Positions 1-10,554 of a stretch of 64,000 nt of DNA are shown piece after piece; position 1 is the stretch's first letter, and every line of letters starts with the position of its first letter. Position numbers and translations under genes: made by a program. The notes under the pieces were generated by a model, which did not search any database, was not told the origin of the DNA, and saw only the letters and a program-made list of their open reading frames with translations. Source of the stretch: a virus. Taxonomy: Duplodnaviria > Heunggongvirae > Uroviricota > Caudoviricetes. The DNA is taken from IMG/VR virus record IMGVR_UViG_3300006467_000563, positions 4,337 to 68,336 of that record, one strand, 5' to 3'.

Positions 1-417
1 TTGGTCCCAAGCTCAAGAAGAAATCACTTCTTACATTGATGAGCGAGCCAAACACATTGACGGATACCAGAACAACAATGGATTTACTTTTAGTGACTGT
101 TCACATACATCATTTAGTATCGCGTGGGCTGTTGAATGTAACCTGCGTGTTAACGGTGTGTCAGAACTAGTTACGCATGATGGAAAAGATTATATGCTAG
201 TGACTGTTAGCTGCTCCGTTAATTGGAGTTCTACTGGCAGAAGCATACCGTGTGCGTTAGCTGCTGTCAATCTGTATTCAGATGTCATCAATCTTGGTGC
301 TAAGATTGAATCATACTTTAATAAGGAATACCTTGTGGAAGTAGAATGTTCTTAGAAGATTTTACAGAAGAGTTATGCTGAGTTTCTTGATACTTTTAAT
401 AAGAAAGCAAAATAATT

Positions 418-672
418 ATGTTCCCTGTATATATTTCACTTTTCTTTGCTATTATGTTGTGCACATCAATTATGACAGTAGCAGCCATTGCTGCTGGCGA
501 TAAAAAGTTTGCTGAAAGAGCTGCTGTATATGGGAGTACAGTGGCTATTCTGAACCTCTTCCTATTACTACCATTATCTATCGCGTTATTGATTTACATG
601 GTTTGTGCATATAAGAGAGTGTACACAGAAACAGCAAAAGAAATTGTGGAAAAAATCAAAGAAAGCATGTGA
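418..672 (+). CDS. small membrane protein (2 TM helices)
   Basis: ORF with a long hydrophobic N-terminal half; AAATAATTATG context. Confidence 0.4.
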   Translation: MFPVYISLFFAIMLCTSIMTVAAIAAGDKKFAERAAVYGSTVAILNLFLLLPLSIALLIYMVCAYKRVYTETAKEIVEKIKESM

Positions 673-738
673 ATGCGGTTGACTTGGCCTTTTTTACCTG
701 CTAAACTACTTGTATGACTTAACCAATTACACTTTTTC

Positions 739-945
739 GTGAACATGAATGGATTGGATACTATTATGAGTGAGTGTGCTCGTACTGTATGTAACCACAA
801 GGCAAAATATAGAATATTCAATAATCCATCTACAGTTGAAGGATATAGAGAATACTGTACTTCTTGTTGGCGTGGTATCATTAAATACAATCCTGAACTC
901 AAACATGAAAGAATAGAAAATGGCTCTGACTCTGGAACAACATGA
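739..945 (+). CDS. small Cys-rich (zinc-ribbon-like) protein
   Basis: Cx3C...CxxC spacing in a 68 aa ORF. Confidence 0.3.
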   Translation: MNMNGLDTIMSECARTVCNHKAKYRIFNNPSTVEGYREYCTSCWRGIIKYNPELKHERIENGSDSGTT

Positions 946-1426
946 AGAATGGATGAAATATTCATGTCGTGCTTGCGGTGTTGGGAACTTGTACAAAGAA
1001 TGGAATCTTCAATATTTTACAAGTATGCAGTCTGATAATACAGGCCATATTTTAGGTCAATGCCACACTGTGTTATATCCACACGACAAAGTTAAACATA
1101 CAATTCGTCTACTTGATAATAGCATTATTCCCTCATGGTATACAGAAGAACATCAGCGTACAACTGTTATTCATGAAGCCTGTCATGCTATTACATATTA
1201 CTATCTATTTAAAGAACATGGTCTTACAGAGTTAGCAATGAATCTAGGTGCCCAAATGGGAGGACATATAGATTTATGGTACAAATGTATGCGTAAATGC
1301 GGATATGAAAAACCAGAGGCGTTTGCTGAGGCTGACTCTGCCCCAAAATTCAAACAGAAAAAACTTTCATTATTTTTAGGAGATTTTAAGCATGCGACTA
1401 GACAACTTCTATCAAAAGCAGTATGA
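920..1426 (+). CDS. hypothetical protein with HExxH motif (putative zinc metallopeptidase-like)
   Basis: VIHEACHAI motif in a 168 aa ORF. Confidence 0.4.
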   Translation: MALTLEQHEEWMKYSCRACGVGNLYKEWNLQYFTSMQSDNTGHILGQCHTVLYPHDKVKHTIRLLDNSIIPSWYTEEHQRTTVIHEACHAITYYYLFKEHGLTELAMNLGAQMGGHIDLWYKCMRKCGYEKPEAFAEADSAPKFKQKKLSLFLGDFKHATRQLLSKAV

Positions 1427-1580
1427 TGCTGAAACACAAGAGGTTGCTCGACAGGCAAAAAGCCTTCAAGATGACAATCCTGACCTAACTTGGGGCGAAT
1501 GTATTCGTATTGCGGAGAAATGGAATGCAGAAAACAAACGTTGATAAACTAAAAAATATTTGAAAATATAAGGAGAAAAA

Positions 1581-1820
1581 ATGAGTTTATTATCTTTTTG
1601 GGCTGGGTCGGCTGCATTTGGAGCTTTGCTTATCTGTATTAGTACTGTATTAAGTTTTATATTTCATGGGACTTCAGATGAAAAAGATGCCCATATTGCG
1701 TGTCTAGTCGGTTTAGGACTTATATTTGCTCCACTTAGTATTCCTTTACTTTTGCTTATTGGGGTCATCAGGAGTTTATATTTCACTTATAAGAGTGTTA
1801 TGAAAAATATTGGAGAATAG
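1581..1820 (+). CDS. small membrane protein, paralog A
   Basis: RBS GGAG upstream; two TM segments; tandem paralog of 1823..2071 (shared SDEKD/SDKDKH and C-terminal LLLLPxSI patterns). Confidence 0.5.
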   Translation: MSLLSFWAGSAAFGALLICISTVLSFIFHGTSDEKDAHIACLVGLGLIFAPLSIPLLLLIGVIRSLYFTYKSVMKNIGE

Positions 1821-1822
1821 AA

Positions 1823-2071
1823 ATGAACTTTCCTTTGTTTGCGTGGGGTGTGGCCAGCTTATTCGGTGTTGTACTAATGGGGTCATCATTATTATTTCGT
1901 ATTGCAGACCAGAATATGTCTGATAAAGATAAGCACGACTGTAATTTGATAAACTTGGGTGGTATCGCTTTGCTTTTGCTGCCAGTATCAATAGTTGCGT
2001 TAGTTATTTTTGGTTTTGTGCGTGGACTATTATTTGTTGCCTCAGAAGCTAAGAAATTTTTTGGAGAATAA
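1823..2071 (+). CDS. small membrane protein, paralog B
   Basis: Same architecture as 1581..1820, immediately downstream. Confidence 0.5.
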   Translation: MNFPLFAWGVASLFGVVLMGSSLLFRIADQNMSDKDKHDCNLINLGGIALLLLPVSIVALVIFGFVRGLLFVASEAKKFFGE

Positions 2072-2365
2072 AAATGGTTGAAGTAGTTTACTTTGCTCTT
2101 AACACTGCTAACGGTATTCTTACTAGCATTATTGGCCAGTACGGTGAGCAAATGAAAGATGAACACAGAGAAAAGATTCATCAAATTACTAGAATCCTAG
2201 ATGAACTCTCGTATGAGGTACGCAAATGAATAATGAAGTTGGCAAGATTGTATTAGAAGCTATGAATAATCTTGCAAAATCACAAGAAATTTAGCATACA
2301 GCATTGACATAAAAATCCATTACCGTATAATACACGTATCAACATTACTCTTACAGGAGAAACAA

Positions 2366-2794
2366 ATGCAGTTCGTGTACAATGATGGTGGTCGCACTAA
2401 AAAAAGAACGAAGAAAACTAGAGATTGTGTTGTTCGTGCTATTGCAATTGCTACTGGAAAAGATTATGATGCAGTTGCAGATGAGGTAGTTCGTAGAGCT
2501 AACAGTGCCAGACGTAATAGTAAGAAGTCTCGCTCGTGTCCAGAAAAAGGCGTGTTTCGTGAGCTATACGAGCCAATGTTAGCTGAATGGGGATGGAAGT
2601 GGGTAGCAGTTAGCGGTATTGGTACTGGTTGTAAAATGCATATGCATGCTGATGAACTGCCTGATGCTACTATCATCTGTCGAGTATCTAAACACTTGGC
2701 CTGTGTTAAACATGGTGTATTACATGACACTTACGATTGTTCCAGAGGTGGTACAAGATGTGTCTATGGTTACTTTATTAAGGAAAACGAATGA
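2366..2794 (+). CDS. hypothetical protein (basic N-terminus)
   Basis: 142 aa ORF with AGGAGAAAC RBS. Confidence 0.55.
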   Translation: MQFVYNDGGRTKKRTKKTRDCVVRAIAIATGKDYDAVADEVVRRANSARRNSKKSRSCPEKGVFRELYEPMLAEWGWKWVAVSGIGTGCKMHMHADELPDATIICRVSKHLACVKHGVLHDTYDCSRGGTRCVYGYFIKENE

Positions 2795-3213
2795 ATAATT
2801 ATATTGTAGTTGACGTTGATGGATGTGATAAAACTCAACAGCCTGTTCAAGTCGAAGTATACACTGACATGCAAGATGCATTGAAGGCAATTGATGGTAA
2901 TAAAAAGTTGCTAAAAGTATTCGTTAACAATACATTCCACTGCGGAATTAAAAGTGGAAGGAGTGATTTCTTTGAGTGGTCAGTTGTCGGATACTCTGAT
3001 GAGTTTATCTGTGAACAGGTAAATAAATACTACGAAAACAAAACCTATATGTTGTCCGATTTGAAATATGGTGATAAGTTTCACTTCGGTGACAGTCACA
3101 CACGTGTGTTAGTTGATGCAAGTCGTATCAAGACAAAAAATGATGATATTGTATATATGCTTGGACATGAACTACATACTATGCATGATAGAAAGTGCTG
3201 GAGGTGCAGATGA
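2791..3213 (+). CDS. hypothetical protein
   Basis: ATGA overlap with the upstream gene; 140 aa. Confidence 0.5.
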   Translation: MNNYIVVDVDGCDKTQQPVQVEVYTDMQDALKAIDGNKKLLKVFVNNTFHCGIKSGRSDFFEWSVVGYSDEFICEQVNKYYENKTYMLSDLKYGDKFHFGDSHTRVLVDASRIKTKNDDIVYMLGHELHTMHDRKCWRCR

Positions 3214-3605
3214 AATACTATATTAAATGTGATTCTCAATATGTTGTATACAGTGAGCCAGACCCATATGATGATTGGGACCAAGGCGAAGATGGTTATG
3301 AGGCACACGAATTTACTGTTAGTACAGAGACTGATGGTTACCCTGACGAAACATTTGATACAGACATAGAAAAACCTTATTTTATTGCTGTAATTTATTC
3401 CACCGGATGTACTTTTGGTACAACTTATGGCGTAGTACAATATCTCGGTCCTTTTACTAAAGAGAAGGGAGAGAAAATCCATAAACAGTTGGAAGACAGC
3501 AATGGTGATAACTATGAAGGATTAGAGGGAGATAATAAATACTTCTATCCTTACTGGATTGGATACTTCGAAAATTATCAAGAGTCTGTCCTGTTGGAAG
3601 GATAA
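3195..3605 (+). CDS. hypothetical acidic protein
   Basis: 136 aa ORF, D/E rich. Confidence 0.5.
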   Translation: MLEVQMKYYIKCDSQYVVYSEPDPYDDWDQGEDGYEAHEFTVSTETDGYPDETFDTDIEKPYFIAVIYSTGCTFGTTYGVVQYLGPFTKEKGEKIHKQLEDSNGDNYEGLEGDNKYFYPYWIGYFENYQESVLLEG

Positions 3606-3606
3606 T

Positions 3607-3879
3607 ATGTTAGCAAAGAAAAATGTAAGGCAGGGCGTCCGTATCGCTTTAACCAGAACATCTCCCCAATTACAATGCACTGTAAACGGGGGCGATACTG
3701 GATACATTACACATGATTGTATTGGTACAATTAACATCAGGCGTTATTCAGATAGGTATCTGATTGCATTTGCGGAATACGATGATGGACGTATCAAGTA
3801 TTTAGGAGATACATTGGATGGTAAAAAATGGCACTACAATGATGATACTTTGAAAAAATTCAAAATTGTTAGCGAGTAG
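3607..3879 (+). CDS. hypothetical protein
   Basis: Internal ATG of ORF 3559..3879 that abuts the upstream stop (GGATAATATG). Confidence 0.4.
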   Translation: MLAKKNVRQGVRIALTRTSPQLQCTVNGGDTGYITHDCIGTINIRRYSDRYLIAFAEYDDGRIKYLGDTLDGKKWHYNDDTLKKFKIVSE

Positions 3880-3948
3880 TATTTACATATCGTCTATTAT
3901 CTAGTAAGATACATACATAACAAACAACATTACTTTTAAGGAGATGCG

Positions 3949-4101
3949 ATGAAGACTTACGTTGTAATGCAGAGTATTCGTGGATTTGTGTTCAATGCTA
4001 TGGTTACTCAAGACAAAACGCAGGCACTGGAATTCGAAGACTATGACTATATTCAAATCTGGGAAGATGGTGAATTAGTCGATACTATCGGTGAAAACTA
4101 A
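3949..4101 (+). CDS. small hypothetical protein (50 aa)
   Basis: AAGGAG RBS 8 nt upstream of the ATG; below the ORF-track size cutoff. Confidence 0.3.
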   Translation: MKTYVVMQSIRGFVFNAMVTQDKTQALEFEDYDYIQIWEDGELVDTIGEN

Positions 4102-4383
4102 TTTTTAATACATGTCATAGCCTCACAATCACGATTAGCTCCGAAAGAACAAAAAACGGCTTAAATTGTGTTTGAGGCTTGACATTTTTCTAAGCACAAC
4201 AAAAATTCATTCAAAGGTTAAATGAAGTACTTTCATGAAACTTATCTTCAGTGTAGTAGTCGCAATAACTGCTAATACGTTTTTTAAATGGTTAAACCCA
4301 GAAGCAACAAATGTTGATATGCATATATGTTTTGAATTTCACTGTTTAGTTTCTTACATGATTATAAATTATTTGGAGAAAAA

Positions 4384-4833
4384 ATGAGTACACGTTCTAA
4401 TATTGGTGTCGAGATTAATGGTATTGTTAAAGCTGTATATTGTCACTTTGATGGATATCTTGATGGTGTCGGTGAAACTCTAGTTAGACATTATTCTTCT
4501 AGAGAGCTGGCAGAACAGATTGTCAACCTTGGCCATTTGAGTTGTCTGTATGAAAATTCTGGAACACCGCCAGAAGGTCATTCGCATGATAATAAATTCA
4601 CAGGATACACTGTAGCCTATCATCGTGATAGGGGTGAGGCTCTTGGCTGTAACTCCTACGCGACAAGACAACAGTACCTTGAAGATACCAGAGACTCTAT
4701 ATTTATTGAATACACATACCTCTGGGATGATGAAAAAGGATGGATGGTATTCTCAAAATATTTTGATATTGATGAGTTTGTACCATTTGATGAAGCAAAA
4801 CGTATCGAAGCCAAACTGAACGAGGAGTATTAA
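4384..4833 (+). CDS. hypothetical protein
   Basis: GGAGAAAAAATG RBS; 149 aa. Confidence 0.55.
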   Translation: MSTRSNIGVEINGIVKAVYCHFDGYLDGVGETLVRHYSSRELAEQIVNLGHLSCLYENSGTPPEGHSHDNKFTGYTVAYHRDRGEALGCNSYATRQQYLEDTRDSIFIEYTYLWDDEKGWMVFSKYFDIDEFVPFDEAKRIEAKLNEEY

Positions 4834-4836
4834 TAA

Positions 4837-5175
4837 ATGTTTAGTGCATCAGAAGCATTTAGTATGGCACAAAAAGCAAATAGCGACCTGAACTATACTA
4901 AGGTACAAAAAGAGATTGCCATTGTAATAGACAGGGTAAAGAAAGCTGCCGGTGATGGTAAATATCATATCGACCTTGGATACTTCTCAGATGATTTTTT
5001 CTGGTATGAAGGAACACATAAAGAGTCTGACTTGTGGCATCAATGCTGTAAAGAACTGCGTAACTCTCCATACAATTTCAAAGTAGAGGTAAAACAAGAA
5101 AATGAGGCTGGCTGTGGTCCATATGATGTGAGTATTAACAGACTTTACACTAGGATTTCTTGGGGAAGTGAGTAA
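4837..5175 (+). CDS. hypothetical protein
   Basis: TAATAAATG junction with the upstream gene; 112 aa. Confidence 0.5.
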   Translation: MFSASEAFSMAQKANSDLNYTKVQKEIAIVIDRVKKAAGDGKYHIDLGYFSDDFFWYEGTHKESDLWHQCCKELRNSPYNFKVEVKQENEAGCGPYDVSINRLYTRISWGSE

Positions 5176-5252
5176 TATCAGTTGACCCCCACTTTTTATT
5201 CTGCTATACTATATTAAAATCAAAAAACTAGACATAGAGGAAAAGTTGATAG

Positions 5253-5624
5253 ATGAATACACACTCTGAAATCACTGCTGAAGACTTTTTTGTGCTTTTT
5301 GGCATAATTGCAATCGTTGGATTCTTGATTTTTGGAATTGTTTCTTGTAATATAGACGACAGAGATGGACAAGAATCAGCAAGGCTCGAAAAAGAAGTTA
5401 GTATGATTCTATTACAGGAATCTACTGAAGGATTCGAAAGAGATGATGTATGGGGAAGCCCTGTAGAATATTCATACAAAGAAACTGACACTGGATATGT
5501 CGCATCTGCTAAATCTTGTGGAAAAGATAAGGTTTATGGTACTAGTGACGATATTATCCACATGACTAAAAAACACAAGCGTGAGAAAAACATTAAACGT
5601 ATGGCGGATTTCTTATTCAAATAA
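5253..5624 (+). CDS. membrane-anchored hypothetical protein
   Basis: N-terminal TM helix FFVLFGIIAIVGFLIFGIV. Confidence 0.45.
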   Translation: MNTHSEITAEDFFVLFGIIAIVGFLIFGIVSCNIDDRDGQESARLEKEVSMILLQESTEGFERDDVWGSPVEYSYKETDTGYVASAKSCGKDKVYGTSDDIIHMTKKHKREKNIKRMADFLFK

Positions 5625-5724
5625 CACGGGGAACTCTGTGGGAGTCAGCAGCTTTCATTAGGCTGAGTGTAGCTAGGTAGCCTGCTAAGCATCTAGTGTG
5701 ATGGTTCGATTCCATCCCCCGTTA
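5625..5724 (+). tRNA. long tRNA-like element; anticodon-loop candidate CAT
   Basis: Clear T-arm GATGG-TTCGATT-CCATC. Acceptor CACGGGG/CCCCGTT pairs except at 1:72. The anticodon-type hairpin CAGCT-TTCATTA-GGCTG has U33 and anticodon CAT, but T at the position that should be a purine (37). About 35 nt lies between this hairpin and the T-arm. Confidence 0.35.
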
Positions 5725-5738
5725 ATATAAATGTAACT

Positions 5739-5921
5739 TTGATAGTGGGGAGTATTATTGATATGAATGATTCTTTATATAAGCGTCACAACGATGGAAT
5801 GCGAGATGGTACGAAATATGACAAAAAATACAAACATCTTAGGGATATTCTGAAGCGAGAAGTAGCCAAGATTGTCTGGGAATTCGAAGAAAATCAGGAG
5901 AAAGAATCAGATGACAGTTGA
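5739..5921 (+). CDS. small hypothetical protein
   Basis: 60 aa ORF. Confidence 0.3.
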   Translation: MIVGSIIDMNDSLYKRHNDGMRDGTKYDKKYKHLRDILKREVAKIVWEFEENQEKESDDS

Positions 5922-6158
5922 CACAGAAGAAAAATATGATTATATTACTACTATTGAACAGATTTAGGAGAAAAAATGTATTTATTAATTTTCGAAGACA
6001 TGTCAATGCAGCAATGTGTAGAGTTTAATCCTAAGTGGATTGAATATGTTTCTGATGGATACCTATCTGTCATGAAATTTGAACATGGTAAGTTCCTTGA
6101 TATGGACGAAGATGGAAGTTGGTATGAGCCAGAAGTAATTGTAGAATAGGATAATCAC

Positions 6159-6353
6159 ATGCTGAGTGAATGGAAAGATATTGACCTAAGTGATGGTGAA
6201 AAACTTTTCAAAGCCAAAGATGATGCTGATATAGATTACTTATGGTCTTACATTATAAAACAGTGGTGGAGAATTAAAGATTTAGAAAAACATGTCGGCG
6301 TGGCATGTAATACTGTTAACTCTTTCCTTGGGGATAGAAATGAAGAAGCGTAA
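6159..6353 (+). CDS. small hypothetical protein
   Basis: 64 aa ORF. Confidence 0.35.
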   Translation: MLSEWKDIDLSDGEKLFKAKDDADIDYLWSYIIKQWWRIKDLEKHVGVACNTVNSFLGDRNEEA

Positions 6354-6502
6354 AGAGTCTCTTGGCTCTATTAATCCAAACAAGATGAAACTGAGCATCG
6401 GGCATCAGACACGTGAATCTGGATGCGGTGTGCATTCCAACAAGCCTAAGCGTCAACGTACCCGTCAGGCAGTACGTGATGCTGTTTTAAAGGAATGGTG
6501 AT

Positions 6503-6904
6503 ATGAGTCCTAATATTGATGTAGACAGTCTGCAAGTAGGAGATGCTGTGGGACACCAGCCATCAGGTATATGGTATATGAATGCATCTTGTTATGTTAG
6601 CACAGTTGAACGGATGACTAAGACTCAGATTATTCTTGCAAATGGACGTAAGTTCAACAAACATGGCCGGGAATTAAAGTCTCCAGTGACAGATGTTCCA
6701 AGCCATAAATTGATTCATCCAGACTATGCTAGGGAATACATCGCAAAAGCAAAACGTAAGTCAGAAGTTTTTGCTATTCTTAAACAAGTCGAGGCTTTGT
6801 GTACTCGTGTTCGTAGCAACAGCTATGAGCTGTCAGACGAGCAGGAAGAACTGTTCTTTAATCTATTAATCAACTTTGAAACATGTGAGGACGACCAACA
6901 ATGA
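6503..6904 (+). CDS. hypothetical protein
   Basis: 133 aa; ATGA overlap with the downstream gene. Confidence 0.5.
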   Translation: MSPNIDVDSLQVGDAVGHQPSGIWYMNASCYVSTVERMTKTQIILANGRKFNKHGRELKSPVTDVPSHKLIHPDYAREYIAKAKRKSEVFAILKQVEALCTRVRSNSYELSDEQEELFFNLLINFETCEDDQQ

Positions 6905-7104
6905 TTTTCTGGTTCTGTGTATTTGCTTATTTTGTGTGTGGACTTACGTATGTTATTGGTATTGTTACATGTCCAGAACATATTGTAAAACATAGTATTT
7001 CTAAGTTAATTCTTGGATTTATTATTTCTCCAGTTTCGCTTGCTGCTTTTTTACTGGCGATTCCTCATTTTATTGTTTCCTCATTTTTACAGGCTATTGA
7101 CTAA
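6901..7104 (+). CDS. small membrane protein
   Basis: Two TM helices. Confidence 0.45.
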   Translation: MIFWFCVFAYFVCGLTYVIGIVTCPEHIVKHSISKLILGFIISPVSLAAFLLAIPHFIVSSFLQAID

Positions 7105-7778
7105 TGCCAAACAATATTTCTAACTGTCTACACGCTCCTAAACACATTGTTGATTCGCTCAAATCTGAAGATAGGCTAGTTGATTTCAATAATATTATTA
7201 AGATGCCTAATAGTCTTGGTATGGAAGGGTTCAGTCATGCTGTAGATATTGCGGTGCGTTCTGCGTACGACAGGCTATATTGTATTCCAGAAGATGTAGA
7301 AGAACTAATTTTGCATCACCCAGACCAGTTTTTAATGACAGGATGTGAGCAATATAATACATGGAATAGGGATATGAGATTGGAAGCATGTATCCTATTG
7401 CAAAATTATCATCAGTATGGTTATACTAGTTGGTATGACTGGTCTATTGACAACTGGGGTACTAAATGGAATGCATATAACATCGAAGAAAAGTCATATG
7501 GCGTTTATTTCGAAACAGCATGGTCTATCCCAATGCAAGTTTATAATAGATTATCATCTCGTTTTCCATCAGACTATTTCTGTGTAAGGTGGGCGAGCGA
7601 AGATGTAGGATATTACAGTGGTATTGCTATCTTTCAATATGGTCGTGTTGTAGCTGGTGGAGAATTTACACCTGAAAGCCAACAGGCATATAACAATTAT
7701 ATCGAAGCATGCAACGATGGTATTATGCCAGACTACATGTTTTGGAATAATGGTAAATTAGAATATAAGGACGAATAA
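7104..7778 (+). CDS. hypothetical protein
   Basis: 224 aa; TAATG overlaps at both ends. Confidence 0.55.
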   Translation: MPNNISNCLHAPKHIVDSLKSEDRLVDFNNIIKMPNSLGMEGFSHAVDIAVRSAYDRLYCIPEDVEELILHHPDQFLMTGCEQYNTWNRDMRLEACILLQNYHQYGYTSWYDWSIDNWGTKWNAYNIEEKSYGVYFETAWSIPMQVYNRLSSRFPSDYFCVRWASEDVGYYSGIAIFQYGRVVAGGEFTPESQQAYNNYIEACNDGIMPDYMFWNNGKLEYKDE

Positions 7779-8032
7779 TGGCAGAAGAAAAAGATATGTG
7801 CGAATTACTTGACGACTTCTACGACAAATTTGGCTCGCTAAGCTCATTAGACACTCTAAACACTTTTGCTCAAGCATTGGGGTACAGGAAGAGTTTCTAT
7901 GGATGTCCTATTGATGATATGTTGTCTGACTGTCCGGGTTTAGGGGAATACATTCTTGATTTCTTTGACAAACATGCTAGTGACGACACACGGAACAAAT
8001 TTGAAAAATTTCTTGCAGAACACGACAAATAG
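7778..8032 (+). CDS. hypothetical protein
   Basis: 84 aa. Confidence 0.45.
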   Translation: MAEEKDMCELLDDFYDKFGSLSSLDTLNTFAQALGYRKSFYGCPIDDMLSDCPGLGEYILDFFDKHASDDTRNKFEKFLAEHDK

Positions 8033-8119
8033 ACTTGAAAACTAAAACTGAATAGCTTATAATATCTACATGACTGCTGCGGTGTTGCAGCGAACTTTAC
8101 TTTCTTTTTTGGAGAAGTT

Positions 8120-8449
8120 ATGCGTACTGAGTTTAAAAAGGCCAAAAAGGTCAATCGTCTGGAACTGTTCACTGTTGTTCGTATTGATAAAACCGATGAA
8201 GGTTATGATATCAATATCAAGAATGACAACAATGATTACATTGACATGTGCACAGGTGTGCCAGCGGACGTGTTGTTCAACTGCATGGAAGCAGAGGATA
8301 TCGATTACATGTTGTGGAGGGACCTTGATGAGTGTGGATACTTTGCACTGATGCGTCCAGAGCGGGATAAAATTCGTAATTCCGCAAAAGGATACAAGTC
8401 AGCAAAATATCCTCGTATCTATGTTAATCTGGAGGATTGGGATGATTGA
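8120..8449 (+). CDS. hypothetical protein
   Basis: GGAGAAGTTATG RBS. Confidence 0.5.
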   Translation: MRTEFKKAKKVNRLELFTVVRIDKTDEGYDINIKNDNNDYIDMCTGVPADVLFNCMEAEDIDYMLWRDLDECGYFALMRPERDKIRNSAKGYKSAKYPRIYVNLEDWDD

Positions 8450-8537
8450 TTTTTTATACAATGCTGCTGAGTTTTGTCAGATAGGCGGTTTATGTTTTGC
8501 TGGTGCAGCTTTCTTTTTTCTATCTGAATAGATTAAT

Positions 8538-8562
8538 GGGCAGGTAAAACTGCCCTATTTTT
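8538..8562 (+). terminator. rho-independent terminator
   Basis: GGGCAG-GTAAAA-CTGCCC hairpin followed by TATTTTT. Confidence 0.7.
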
Positions 8563-8731
8563 GAGGTAAATATGTGTTTATTTTTCCACAAATGGTCACG
8601 CTGGAGTGAGACAAAGATTAAGAAGTACAGAAGAGTATATATCATAACAAATGAAGGTTATGATTATACTACAGAAGTACAAACAAGACATTGTGAAAAG
8701 TGTGGATTGGTTCAAGAGAAAGAGGTAAAAA

Positions 8732-9010
8732 ATGTATAAAGTAAGAGTAATTGAAAAAGAATTCAAAATCAGACTGGACGATGTTGGAAACGAACTGTCT
8801 CGCAGTGTCTGGGACGAGTCAATCTACTTCATGGTTATGGATGGACCCCGCAAACAAGATGCACGCCAGAAAGTAAAACAGGCTGCAATTGACATTGTTG
8901 TAAACACGCCTGAGAAATATACGAAAGTTTCTGTCGGTCGTGCATATCCTTACAATGGCAATCTGGAAGCTGGTGAAACAATCGATATCCCTATCAAGGA
9001 ATTAGTGTAA
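8732..9010 (+). CDS. hypothetical protein
   Basis: GAGGTAAAAAATG RBS; 92 aa. Confidence 0.45.
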   Translation: MYKVRVIEKEFKIRLDDVGNELSRSVWDESIYFMVMDGPRKQDARQKVKQAAIDIVVNTPEKYTKVSVGRAYPYNGNLEAGETIDIPIKELV

Positions 9011-9179
9011 TGAAAATTCGTCTGTTGACTTATCTCTATTGTGTATTCTGTGGGAGTGTAATTACATTCCTAGTACACACTCGGATGGTGTCTGCTTTAG
9101 GATGGTTATTCCTTTTTATAGTTACCGTATTATCAGCAGCAGTTATTGAAGAGTTGCTTTATTATTTCATGGGTGAAAA

Positions 9180-10043
9180 ATGAAAATGCTTGTTACAGGG
9201 GGGACTGGATTTCTCGGTGAGCCTCTTATCAAACGTCTGACAGAATCTGGACATGAGATTCGAGTTCTATCAAGAAATCAGGGTAAGTTAATCTCACTAC
9301 AGCAAAAGTATCCGATTGAGATATTCAGTGGCGACGTGTGTAACTATGCCGATGTATATAAGGCGATGGATGGCGTTGATGGTGTTTATCATCTTGCAGC
9401 TAGTAAGCACGTAGGATTAGCTGAGAAGTTGGTTAATGAGTGTGTAAGGTCTAATCTAATCGGCTCTCTTAATATTCTCGATGCGAGTGTATGGCACTGT
9501 CCTGAATTTGTATTGGGTGTTAGTACTGATAAGGCAGCACAAGTGGCTGGAGTTTACGGTGCTACTAAGATGTTGATGGAAAGACTGTTCAAAGAATATC
9601 ATGAAGATTTCGGTGAGCTTACAGATTATAGAATTGTGAGATATGGAAACGTACTTTATAGCACTGGTTCTGTATTATGTAAGTGGTTGGACTTGATTAA
9701 GCAAGGAAAAGAGATTATAGTAACCGAACCAAAGGCAACTAGATTCTTCTGGACAGTTGACCAAGCGTTGGATTTGATTGAAGACTGTTTATTGTATGCT
9801 GAATGCCCTGAACCATATGTACCAGAGATGAAGGCTATGAGTATTGAGAATTTACTTAAAGCCTTAATCACAAAGTACTTAGGAGTACACAATCCATATG
9901 TTAAAGATGGTGAGTTTACTTCTCTTGTTAAAGTAATTGGACTTCAACCGGGAGAGAACTTGCATGAGAAGATTCTTGAGCAAGGTCCTGCATCTAATGA
10001 AGTGGAACAATTCACTATTTCTGAAATTATGGAGTTAATCTAA
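9180..10043 (+). CDS. NAD-dependent epimerase/dehydratase (SDR family)
   Basis: N-terminal Rossmann motif VTGGTGFLG; overall length and layout of an extended SDR. Confidence 0.7.
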   Translation: MKMLVTGGTGFLGEPLIKRLTESGHEIRVLSRNQGKLISLQQKYPIEIFSGDVCNYADVYKAMDGVDGVYHLAASKHVGLAEKLVNECVRSNLIGSLNILDASVWHCPEFVLGVSTDKAAQVAGVYGATKMLMERLFKEYHEDFGELTDYRIVRYGNVLYSTGSVLCKWLDLIKQGKEIIVTEPKATRFFWTVDQALDLIEDCLLYAECPEPYVPEMKAMSIENLLKALITKYLGVHNPYVKDGEFTSLVKVIGLQPGENLHEKILEQGPASNEVEQFTISEIMELI

Positions 10044-10053
10044 GAGGAAAATT

Positions 10054-10545
10054 ATGAGTACAACACCTAAACTTGGCGAGCTAACAACTGAAACAGAGCG
10101 TGATGCCATCCACCTTGCAGTAATTCCGTTGATTGCCTCACATAACACGACACCGGGACAGAACGTTGGTCTGAACGAATACGGACAGGCAGATGCGGAT
10201 GCATACCCACATGTTGGTATTGTTGACCCATATTTGAAGAAGATGGTTTTCAAAGGACAGAAGATGTGGGTATGTTTGTATCCTGATACTGTAACTGGTA
10301 TGAAGCATCACTGGGAACATCCTGTATTCCGTAAACTGGAAGAGGCATATGGTGTACGTGCACCTGAAGCTACTCTTGAAGAGATAACTAAACTATCTGA
10401 AAATGAGTATGACTCAGAAGTGGACGACTTTGAAATTTGGTGCTGCGGGTCAGACGCACCGGAGCCTGAAGACAAATACGAAGAAGATGAAGACGACACT
10501 TGGTCGTGTTGTCCAGATGATGATGACGAATGGTCTTGCTGTTAG
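10054..10545 (+). CDS. paralog family X, copy 1 (conserved N-domain, acidic Cys-rich tail)
   Basis: Shares AxHxAxxP, PGQxVG, VxDPxL, KGxxxWxxxxP and HxWxHP blocks with 14491..15081 and 47554..48159; tail WCCGS...CCPDDDDEWSCC. Confidence 0.6.
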   Translation: MSTTPKLGELTTETERDAIHLAVIPLIASHNTTPGQNVGLNEYGQADADAYPHVGIVDPYLKKMVFKGQKMWVCLYPDTVTGMKHHWEHPVFRKLEEAYGVRAPEATLEEITKLSENEYDSEVDDFEIWCCGSDAPEPEDKYEEDEDDTWSCCPDDDDEWSCC

Positions 10546-10554
10546 GAGATAATT

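Noticed and set aside
594-996. Minus-strand ORFs 594..965 and 727..996, and most other minus-strand ORFs in the six-frame track
   Set aside because: They lie antisense to tightly packed + strand genes with RBSs and translational coupling. Their composition is that of AT-rich antisense frames. Only 45951..46565 (HNH motif) is credible on the minus strand.
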